Shown here piece by piece: positions 41,101 through 53,100 of a stretch of 64,000 bases of DNA (within the stretch, counting starts at the first letter, position 1; each line of letters begins with the position of its first letter). Where the stretch lies: the NCBI RefSeq assembly GCF_964355755.1, contig NC_092673.1, positions 21,077,648 to 21,141,647 of the forward strand. Reading direction: 5' to 3'. The stretch is from Antedon mediterranea (lineage: Eukaryota; Animalia; Echinodermata). A program made the translations under genes and the position numbers. The notes below the pieces were generated by a model, which was not told the DNA's origin, did not search any database, and saw nothing but the letters and a program-made list of their open reading frames with translations.

Positions 41101-44100
41101 TTTCTTTCTTTGCCATATTTGTCCAAATAGATTCCTCATTGTATATGCCTGATTCATATCTTTCAATATTTTCTTTCTTTGCCATATTAGTCCAAATAGA
41201 TTCCTCATTGTATATGCCTGATTCATATCTTTCAATATTTTCTTTCTTTGCCATATTTGTCCAAGTAGATTCCTCATTGTATATGCCTGATTCATATCTT
41301 TCAATATTTTCTTTCTTTGCCATATTTGTCCAAGTAGATTCCTCATTGTATATGCCTGATTCATATCTTTCAATATTTTCTTTCTTTGCCATATTAGTCC
41401 AAATAGATTCCTCATTGTATATGCCTGATTCATATCTTTCAATATTTTCTTTCTTTGCCATATTTGTCCAAATAGATTCCTCATTGTATATGCCTGATTC
41501 ATATCTTTCAATATTTTCTTTCTTTGCCATATTTGTCCAAGTAGATTCCTCATTGTATATGCCTGATTCATATCTTTCAATATTTTCTTTCTTTGCCATA
41601 TTAGTCCAAATAGATTCCTCATTGTATATGCCTGATTCATATCTTTCAATATTTTCTTTCTTTGCCATATTTGTCCAAGTAGATTCCTCATTGTATATGC
41701 CTGATTCATATCTTTCAATATTTTCTTTCTTTGCCATATTAGTCCAAATAGATTCCTCATTGTATATGCCTGATTCATATCTTTCAATATTTTTTTTCTT
41801 TGCCATATTAGTCCAAATAGATTCCTCATTGTATATGCCTGATTCATATCTTTCAATATTTTCTTTCTTTGCCATATTAGTCCAAATAGATTCCTCATTG
41901 TATATGCCTGATTCATATCTTTCAATATTTTCTTTCTTTGCCATATTAGTCCAAATAGATTCCTCATTGTATATACCTGATTCATATCTTTCAATATTTT
42001 CTTTCTTTGCCATATTTTTCCAAATAGATTCCTCATTGTATATACCTGATTCATATCTTTCAATATTTTCTTTCTTTGCCATATTTTTCCAAATAGATTC
42101 CTCATTGTATATGCCTGATTCATATCTTTCAATATTTTCTTTCTTTGCCATATTTTTCCAAATAGATTCCTCATTGTATATACCTGATTCATATCTTTCA
42201 ATATTTTCTTTCTTTGCCATATTTGTCCAAGTAGATTCCTCATTGTATATGCCTGATTCATATATTTCAATATTTTCTTTCTTTGCCATATTTGTCCAAG
42301 TAGATTCCTCATTGTATATACCTGATTCATATCTTTCAATATTTTCTTTCTTTGCCATATTAGTCCAAGTAGATTCCTCATTGTATATGCCTGATTCATA
42401 TATTTCAATATTTTCTTTCTTTGCCATATTAGTCCAAATAGATTCCTCATTGTATATACCTGATTCATATATTTCAATATTTTCTTTCTTTGCCATATTA
42501 GTCCAAATAGATTCCTCATTGTATATGCCTGATTCATATATTTCAATATTTTCTTTCTTTGCCATATTTGTCCAAGTAGATTCCTCATTGTATATACCTG
42601 ATTCATATCTTTCAATATTTTCTTTCTTTGCCATATTAGTCCAAGTAGATTCCTCATTGTATATGCCTGATTCATATATTTCAATATTTTCTTTCTTTGC
42701 CATATTAGTCCAAGTAGATTCCTCATTGTATATGCCTGATTCATATATTTCAATATTTTCTTTCTTTGCCATATTTGTCCAAATAGATTCCTCATTGTAT
42801 ATGCCTGATTCATATCTTTCAATATTTTCTTTCTTTGCCATATTTGTCCAAGTAGATTCCTCATTGTATATGCCTGATTCATATCTTTCAATATTTTCTT
42901 TCTTTGCCATATTAGTCCAAATAGATTCCTCATTGTATATGCCTGATTCATATATTTCAATATTTTCTTTCTTTGCCATATTTGTCCAAATAGATTCCTC
43001 ATTGTATATGCCTGATTCATATCTTTCAATATTTTCTTTCTTTGCCATATTTGTCCAAATAGATTCCTCATTGTATATGCCTGATTCATATCTTTCAATA
43101 TTTTCTTTCTTTGCCATATTAGTCCAAGTAGATTCCTCATTGTATATGCCTGATTCATATATTTCAATATTTTCTTTCTTTGCCATATTTGTCCAAGTAG
43201 ATTCCTCATTGTATATGCCTGATTCATATCTTTCAATATTTTCTTTCTTTGCCATATTAGTCCAAGTAGATTCCTCATTGTATATGCCTGATTCATATAT
43301 TTCAATATTTTCTTTCTTTGCCATATTTGTCCAAGTAGATTCCTCATTGTATATGCCTGATTCATATCTTTCAATATTTTCTTTCTTTGCCATATTAGTC
43401 CAAATAGATTCCTCATTGTATATGCCTGATTCATATCTTTCAATATTTTCTTTCTTTGCCATATTAGTCCAAATAGATTCCTCATTGTATATGCCTGATT
43501 CATATATTTCAATATTTTCTTTCTTTGCCATATTAGTCCAAATAGATTCCTCATTGTATATGCCTGATTCATATATTTCAATATTTTCTTTCTTTGCCAT
43601 ATTTTTCCAAATAGATTCCTCATTGTATATACCTGATTCATATCTTTCAATATTTTCTTTCTTTGCCATATTAGTCCAAATAGATTCCTCATTGTATATG
43701 CCTGATTCATATCTTTCAATATTTTTTTTCTTTGCCATATTAGTCCAAATAGATTCCTCATTGTATATGCCTGATTCATATATTTCAATATTTTCTTTCT
43801 TTGCCATATTTTTCCAAATAGATTCCTCATTGTATATACCTGATTCATATCTTTCAATATTTTCTTTCTTTGCCATATTAGTCCAAATAGATTCCTCATT
43901 GTATATGCCTGATTCATATCTTTCAATATTTTCTTTCTTTGCCATATTAGTCCAAATAGATTCCTCATTGTATATGCCTGATTCATATCTTTCAATATTT
44001 TCTTTCTTTGCCATATTAGTCCAAATAGATTCCTCATTGTATATGCCTGATTCATATATTTCAATATTTTCTTTCTTTGCCATATTAGTCCAAATAGATT

Positions 44101-47100
44101 CCTCATTGTATATGCCTGATTCATATATTTCAATATTTTCTTTCTTTGCCATATTAGTCCAAATAGATTCCTCATTGTATATGCCTGATTCATATATTTC
44201 AATATTTTCTTTCTTTGCCATATTAGTCCAAGTAGATTCCTCATTGTATATGCCTGATTCATATCTTTCAATATTTTCTTTCTTTGCCATATTAGTCCAA
44301 ATAGATTCCTCATTGTATATACCTGATTCATATCTTTCAATATTTTCTTTCTTTGCCATATTAGTCCAAATAGATTCCTCATTGTATATGCCTGATTCAT
44401 ATATTTCAATATTTTCTTTCTTTGCCATATTTGTCCAAATAGATTCCTCATTGTATATGCCTGATTCATATCTTTCAATATTTTCTTTCTTTGCCATATT
44501 TGTCCAAATAGATTCCTCATTGTATATGCCTGATTCATATCTTTCAATATTTTCTTTCTTTGCCATATTTGTCCAAATAGATTCCTCATTGTATATGCCT
44601 GATTCATATCTTTCAATATTTTCTTTCTTTGCCATATTTGTCCAAGTAGATTCCTCATTGTATATGCCTGATTCATATATTTCAATATTTTCTTTCTTTG
44701 CCATATTAGTCCAAATAGATTCCTCATTGTATATGACTCAAAATATGCTAAAGTGTTATAAAACTGTAACACAGAGGTCAATTTTTCATCTTTAACCTTT
44801 TTTTTTTTTTATAACCTGAAATTGTTGAGTAAAAACATATCTTTCAGGCAATACTAAAAAAAAGATAAGTCACTGAACATGAACTTCAAAAAATGTATTT
44901 TAATTTAATTGGTGTAGCAATTGCGTGTGTTAGTTTTGACGGACAAAATGTTGTTGTTTTTCTTGAACAAATAATAAAATTATCATAACTATGTCTTATA
45001 ATTTATTTAATTATGTTTAATATACTACATTTCAAAGTATAAATGCGGAAAAAAAATTTCTCAATAATCACATAAAAGTGTTTTTGTCTTTAAAAAATTA
45101 GCATGCAATTGGTGAAAATTTATTATGCCGTTTTAATTGTACTTTAATCACTGTAAATCCTTTGGTTATTAACTATTCTTGATAGAATGGCAGAAAGTCA
45201 TAATGGCAAAATGTTTTATGAGGAAAAATAATATCAAATGGCATATCTTTGAAAATAATGACATTATTTGAGGTGTACTTGCGTGTGTTAGTTTGACAGA
45301 CACTACGCTTGCGTGTGTTAGTTTGACAGACGAAGCTGTGGGTGTGGGTGTGTGTGTTGTCTGGAAAACACTATTGGGCATGTAGTTTGAGAAAAAAAAT
45401 GATAAGAGTACACTTTAGGTGTGAAGGTTGGCTATTTATTAAAAATTACCAATATTTTAATAAAATCCAAATACCGTTATGTAATCTCCGACATACAGTA
45501 ATTTTCACTTGGCAAATTCAACTACCGGTATACAATACTTGCATGTATAAAAACACAACTAATGTCATCAAAATGGTTTGAAATATTTAAATTGAAAATT
45601 AATCTGAAACAATTATCTTAATTGCCTAATTATTATACAGTCAACATGAAAACGTGCATGATGCATAAATAGAACATCTTTCTCTATACAATTTTGAATG
45701 GACGGCACCTCTTGAATTAGTTTTCGGGGTTGGTGAGCCCTTATTTATCTCTTCTATTTTTACTTTTATTTTTAAAACCATTCTGAAAATACAGCAAGTA
45801 CAGAAAAAAATATTAATTTTGTATTTATTTTATTAATATTTTTATTTATTATATTAGTAAATCTATATGTTTTATTTATTTAATATTTCTTTAAATATTT
45901 TTATTTATGTTAGTAGGCCTACATTTGATTTATTCTTTTATATTTTAATTTGTTTTATTTCTATTTGTTTTAATTTAGTATACTTAATTATTATTGAGTT
46001 AATACTAATTAAATAGCCTGTTAGTTACTTAACTATATTTTTATTATAGGTATTAATATTTATAGTATCTATTTATTTATAATTATATTGGAATAAATTT
46101 TATACTTCAAAATTATTTTACCATGCTAATCATCAACACACAAAATGAAACTAAATTGTTTAATTCCATTAAATTTTTTTTTTTATGAAGTATAAAAGCT
46201 ATTAAAATACGCTATTTGTAATTGAAATGAAATACACGATCTGCCAAATCCTTATATACACGGCCGCCGTCCGTCAAATATAACGCACGTGTTCGCCAGC
46301 GCTCCTCCGGAGACGGAATACCAGCGATTGCTACTTGTTTGAAGTATAGGCTTAGGCCTAGTTATAAAACCTAGGAATTACATGTATTAAAACTTGAAAA
46401 GAACATTCCATGATATTAAAATTAACTAAAATCTAACCAATAAATATGTCAAGGCCTAACGCACGGAAGAAATATCTGTCAAATATAACGCACGATTTAG
46501 AAAGGTCAGTCAAAACACTGAGCAAATTAGCCTAGGCGTGTGCCTATCGCTGTCGCTTGAGACAGTTCGCCCTAATAGCCGTACCGAGGTAATTATTAGG
46601 CCTAAAATACCATTAGAATTAAATATATAAAGCCTAAACTATGTATTTATGTTCTAAATGTATTTATTTATGATTTCTAATAATGTTAAGTACTTACGTG
46701 CGTTATATCTTGCGTGCGTTATATTTTTGACAGAAACTAGTTTTCGTTGTTTAGCGACGCAAGTTTACATTCTGTGAAGAATTTTTGCAGCGGGAAGCCA
46801 TCGCGGGAGCTATATTTGTAGGCTGCCATGTAGTATCGTCTGTTTGCTCATTCTCGGCGGTAATGACAGGAAAACATTGCGTGCGTTAGTTTTTGACAGA
46901 CAATGGTGACATTTTTTTTAAATCGGGATTTATATACAATTAAATTACATAACATTTAAAATCTGATGCATTATATAGAGTAAACATATCCTTGAATTGT
47001 TTAACATTTTGGTTTTCGTATTGCCGTTGTTCTAGGCCTAACCCAGCCTAGGCCTAGTCAAACTTGATTGTTGACGGACACAGTAACGCACGTCAGCACA

Positions 47101-50100
47101 AGCAAAGATATTAATTTATTATACAAAAATAAAATATTGTGGTGTCAATATATTGATTTTATTTATTGTTTATACATGTACTTCCAATATCCCAATCAAT
47201 ATTTTTTATTATACTTCACAATTATCAAATATAAATTGGATTATGAAGTGACACTCAAAATGTTACAAATTCATGGTGTGAGAATAGGCCATTATCACAA
47301 CAAATTTGAAATTTAAAAAAAAAATAGTGGGTGGAGTGAAATGAAACTGTGTAAGTTATACCGTTGCATGTTAAACTATCTATTAATTCCCTACACATAT
47401 TAGTGTATAGTATATAATATTTTTTATAAATACAAATTAAAATGGCATTTTATGTAACACCTTAGCATATTTTGACTCATATGCCTGATTCATATCTTTC
47501 AATATTTTCTTTCTTTGCCATATTAGTCCAAATAGATTCCTCATTGTATATGCCTGATTCATATATTTCAATATTTTCTTTCTTTGCCATATTTGTCCAA
47601 GTAGATTCCTCATTGTATATACCTGATTCATATATTTCAATATTTTCTTTCTTTGCCATATTTTTCCAAATAGATTCCTCATTGTATATGCCTGATTCAT
47701 ATCTTTCAATATTTTTTTTCTTTGCCATATTAGTCCAAATAGATTCCTCATTGTATATACCTGATTCATATCTTTCAATATTTTTTTTCTTTGCCATATT
47801 AGTCCAAATAGATTCCTCATTGTATATGCCTGATTCATATCTTTCAATATTTTCTTTCTTTGCCATATTAGTCCAAATATATATATGCCTGATTCATATC
47901 TTTCAATATTTTCTTTCTTTGCCATATTAGTCCAAATATATATATGCCTGATTCATATATTTCAATATTTTCTTTCTTTGCCATATTAGTCCAAATATAT
48001 ATATGCCTGATTCATATCTTTCAATATTTTCTTTCTTTGCCATATTTGTCCAAATATATTCCTCATTATACCTGATTCATATCTTTTAATGTTTTTATCT
48101 ATGCCAAATTTGTCCAAATATATTCCTCATTGATATGCCTGATTCATATCTTTCAATATTGTTTTCTTTGTTATTTAACTTCTGATATTTAATCACCATT
48201 CCAATCGTCATGTGTATATCTAAATCTTCTGAATCTTCTAAATAACCTGAATCTAAATAATCTAAATATCTTATCTCTTGTTTCATATCAATATAGTAGT
48301 AGTAGTGGAAACCATTTTGTAACAACAGTGTTGCGTGATAATTGCATGATACTATAGGAAATTATATAGAATTCTTGTTCTCGTACATCAAAACAAAAAT
48401 GATAAATTTGACAACTGGTACGGAATGCTTAAAGATGTATTGTCCCTCTGAAAAAATAATTCTTAACAAAACATTTTTTGAATGTCATTTTAATGTAACA
48501 TAATAGTTATCCACTTTGACCAAAAATTGGATCGAAAAAAAATGTATTTATCTGAAAAAAAAGTAATTTAAAGAAAAAAATACTGCCTGCCAATGGGTTT
48601 TTGGTTGAATTTAACCAATTATTTTGTCATTTTATATATGAAAACATTATTTGTTTTCTTTTTTTTTTTCTACGGAAGTAATTAAATTTATTAAAACTAC
48701 AAATAACATATTTAAAGTCCGATTTAAGTAATCTTCATTTTTCATGTTTTTGGGAGACAATACATTTTTAATGTAATATATAACTTTCATTCTTGTTTAT
48801 GTTATTTCTGTTTCTATACATTCCATTTTAATATTTAATGTGATTACTTTTTTCTTTATCAGGTGGTAGATCTAGAACAAGATATGGCAGCGGTCGGACC
48901 TCGTCACGTCATCATTGAGAAACGAGTTTTATTTAAGTGAGTGTCAAAAGTACAGGGATGTAGAAACTATTTTTCTCTGAACTGATATGCTATCCTCTTA
49001 TAGCACATATGTTATATGTTGTAAATAAGTTGAACTCATACACTCTTATGTAGTCCATGCTATATGTTGTACACATGTTGAACTCACATGCTATCCTCTT
49101 GTAGCCCATGCTATATGTTGTACACATGTTGAACTCACATGCTATCCTCTTGTAGCCCATGCTATATGTTGTACACATGTTGAACTCACACGCTATCCTC
49201 TTGTAGCCCATGCTATATGTTGTACACATGTTGAACTCACACGCTATCCTCTTGTAGCCCATGCTATATGTTGTACACACGTTTCTTGTCTCTTTACAAC
49301 ATTTTGTCTCTGTTATTGTGTATGATATTCTGTCATCTTGTATTTTTGGTGTAATTATGTTTCTACAATAAAAAATACTGAAAAATATAGTACATTATTC
49401 AGCAATAGTAATTGGTTCTATAAATAATGTCACATAAACATTTTCTAAAGTAGATAGGATGTATGTATATACTATGTAATGTATTTCTAAAAAATATATA
49501 TGGATATTATACATTTCGCGCGAACGTTTTGCAATTTTTAAAGTAGTTCAGTTCAGCAGCAGCTGATATAAACTACTTAAAAAATATATGGGTATTTAAA
49601 ATATTTTTATTAAATAAAATAGGATTATTTTCAATGCTGTGTGTATGAATTATGATGGATCTCAATGGAGATACAAATAAAATTAGCAAAAAGCTAAATC
49701 AAAACAATAAAGTAAAATATATAAATGGTAGATCTTTTGGATAACACTAATCCTTCCTCAGTGAAAGTATTTATGTATAGAGTATCACGGTGTGACGTCA
49801 CAACGACAGAGGGCGCTGCATGGTTGCTAGCCAACCAAAAAATGCGTTCAGCGCTACTATGTTGATAAACAGTAAAGATCTGTATTTCTATCAAATTATG
49901 TATCTTAGCTTGATTTTTTTTAACTTAAACTGTAGTTGAAGAATAAATAGATTATTCAAAACAAATATTTAGTGATCTTTTGAAATTTTAGTTTGTTTTT
50001 ATTAAAATTTATTAAGTTTTAAAATGACTACTTCAATAAGCCTATTCCAAACCATTGGTGACTTTGGAGTCAATCAGGCAGGCTGAACGCATTTTTGGTT

Positions 50101-53100
50101 GCGCTAGCAACCACGCAGTGCCACCTACCGTCGTGACGTCAGCACCGTGATACTTTAGTATACATTCAAGTAATAGCTTATTACTGTAAGTATTGAAAAA
50201 TTGAGTTTTTCTATGCAGTTTATCCGAATTGTGTATACAGCATTAAAATGTACAATTTTCAAAGGAAATCTTACAATTACAATTTTCTTTAATTTTTTTA
50301 AGACGGGCCAGTGGTATAAACCTTAAATTATCGATTTGCAGAATAATAATTTATTTTCAAACAATTGCTGAATGGACAATTAAATATAATTTTTTTAAAT
50401 ATTTTTTATTTATACACGGTATACTGTCATTGTTGAGTTCCTTTTTAATAAATTTAATAATTGAAAATCTTCTCTTATGATTGTCTTAGTGTTGTCTTCT
50501 GTATATAGCAAGTTAAATAAATGTTGTCTGAAAATGCAAAAGAATTATAAAATTAATAAACTTATCAACTCAACTATAATGTTATTTGTATTATAATTTA
50601 GATATTAGACCTGCCCTTTTCCTTTGCTAGCCTCCACCGCTGACTTTACAAAACCACCTTTATAGTTAAGATGTAGATAGTAGTATCGTAGTGTCTGGAC
50701 AGAGATAGTTAAGGGAAATTAATACTGAAAACTAAAATTTAAGAAGTGAAACATGTTATTAATAATAACAAAATAATAGTTACATTTCACAGAAAAATAA
50801 ATTATACTGAAGTTGTTTTTCAATAGATTATAGTTTCAATTTCAGTTTAAATTTAAAATAATTTTTTTGTAAAATGTTGACTTCTGGAATGGTATTCGAT
50901 TGGCAGTCAGGAAGTTATTAGACCTGACTATAGGAAGAAAGATCACAGTATTTACAAAGGAACATACCATTTCATTAGAGGGTATTTCAACCTTTAAAAA
51001 CTGTTATAATGACATTCTGCAGTGTTACAGTTTTCCATTTTAATACATTTCAGTTACTCTGTACTCAGCAAGTCATGAGAACTGTGAACAACAAAAACAA
51101 CAAATATTTATTAAATCTACATACATTTACTGCATACCAGCACACAACTGGTGGCAGGCTACCTTTAAGAATGTACTAATCCACATGGAAGTTAACTAGT
51201 CTCTTTACTGTCGTTTCATTACAGAATTGAATTGCCTAACAAGAGAGTGATAGGTGTGAAGTCTAAGCCAACCAAGAAATTGTATGAAGTTCTTAAACCA
51301 ATCACACACAAGTATCAGTTGATATTAGATGCCATGGTAGTACATCTAGTAAGTATTGTGAAATATTTAAACTTTTAGTGGCAAAGCTTTTGCACAGATC
51401 TAGTTTTTACTATTTGTTTTTGAAAATATATTAACAATCTTGAAAAAATCGTTTGTAATTTCAGATGGGTTCTCCTGTGCCCCTTGACATGGATATTATT
51501 GTTGAATCATTGGACAATCGAAGGATTCTCATTGAGACAGTTGAGCAGTATAGCGGTATGTTTTAATATTTTAGCTATTTATTAATTTCATTTCGCCAAA
51601 AAAGTGACCTCTATAAAGGGAACTCTTTGGGTCCTGAATGTCTCCCCTTAATAGGGGGTCTACTGTATTGTCTAACCAAAACACATATTTGTTAAAAATG
51701 TTATTGTTTAATGTTATTGTTATGTTTATGTTATAGCTGGCACTTACAAAATGAATAGGGCTGAAACCGCTATGCCACCAAAAAACAAAACTAAACTACA
51801 CAAATCAATATCAGCTGAAAGTGTACTAACGCATGGACCTGCACGACATGTACACACCCATAAACAGAATGGTAGTGTCCAAAAGGTACATATGTTACTG
51901 TGTTATACTTTGTACGAACATTTGACAACTATTAGAATATGGTTATATAGCATGAATTGTTTCTTACTACTCTCGATACTCTATTCAAAGGCTTTTAAAT
52001 TATTTTTTGTAGACATCTGACAAGATTCAAAAGTCCAATGAGAAGCAGGCAAAGGATATCAACTCAACATTTGGTAGACGATTGAAAAGCCCACTGAAAA
52101 AGGTCTCAAATAAAAGTAAAGACAATATGAACCGCAAGGATGCTGATGGTAGGTAGTCTTTTTGATAAATTCACCAAGTAAACTTTCTCTCTCTTTCACA
52201 CCATGCTATGTAATGTATACTTTTGTATGTTCTACTTTTTCTTTTGATTTATAATTACTTACACTTATAAGTTTATATATCTTTTACTTGCTATCAAAAG
52301 AATAATAATAAAAAAATAAATAAATAAATTCTACTGTACCATCCCTCCACCAGTTCTTATCTTGAGCATCATTCTTTTCTTTGGCAATACAATCCAAAAT
52401 TGTGTGTTGTGTTTTTCACAGTATGCATTAAGCTTAAAGATGTATTGTCCCCAAAAACATGAAAAATGAAGATTAATTAAATTGTTGTTTTGTAGTTTTT
52501 ATAAAGTTAATCACTTTTGTAGAAAAAAGAAACAAACAAAAATAATGTTTTCACTTATAAAATGACAAAATAAATGGTTAAATTTTATTTATTCAGACTT
52601 TTTTCATTTAAATTACAGTTTTCAGGTAAATAATTTTTTTTTCCCAATCTATTTGTGTTCAAAGTGAATAACTATTATGTGACATTAAAATGGCATATTC
52701 AACAACAAATGTTGTAAGAATTATTTTTCAGGGGGACAATACATTGTTAAGTTGCAATGCATTGTATGTAAAATAGTAGACAACGATAACAACAATGAAT
52801 GTTTTATAATCTCTATTCTCTCTATAAAGATTTGATTGCGGCAGTATCAAAGGCACAAGGAAGCCGTTTGAACGATCAACGTGGCTTGACCATCCTGAAT
52901 CTTGAATTACCAGACTTCTTAAAGAAATCACCAAATTCTGCTGGTGTAAACCCTCCAGAAGACCGCCCACGTACAGCAATGGGTATCACCAATGCCTACC
53001 AACTTCCAGAATTCCTGCAGAACGACGAGGAAGACGAAAACGGAGCGCTCTTTAGCAAGACATTAGTTTCCCGGTCAAAATCAACTCCACCAATTGCACC

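Noticed and set aside
40700-44734. CRISPR-like array
   Set aside because: There are no unique spacers (units are contiguous), the context is eukaryotic and there are no cas genes.
40656-44795. Giant ORFs (1379, 1362 and 1332 aa) on both strands
   Set aside because: They are a consequence of a stop-free 69-bp (23-codon) tandem unit. They lie in an RGS12 intron, are interrupted by a transposon and have no unique domain.
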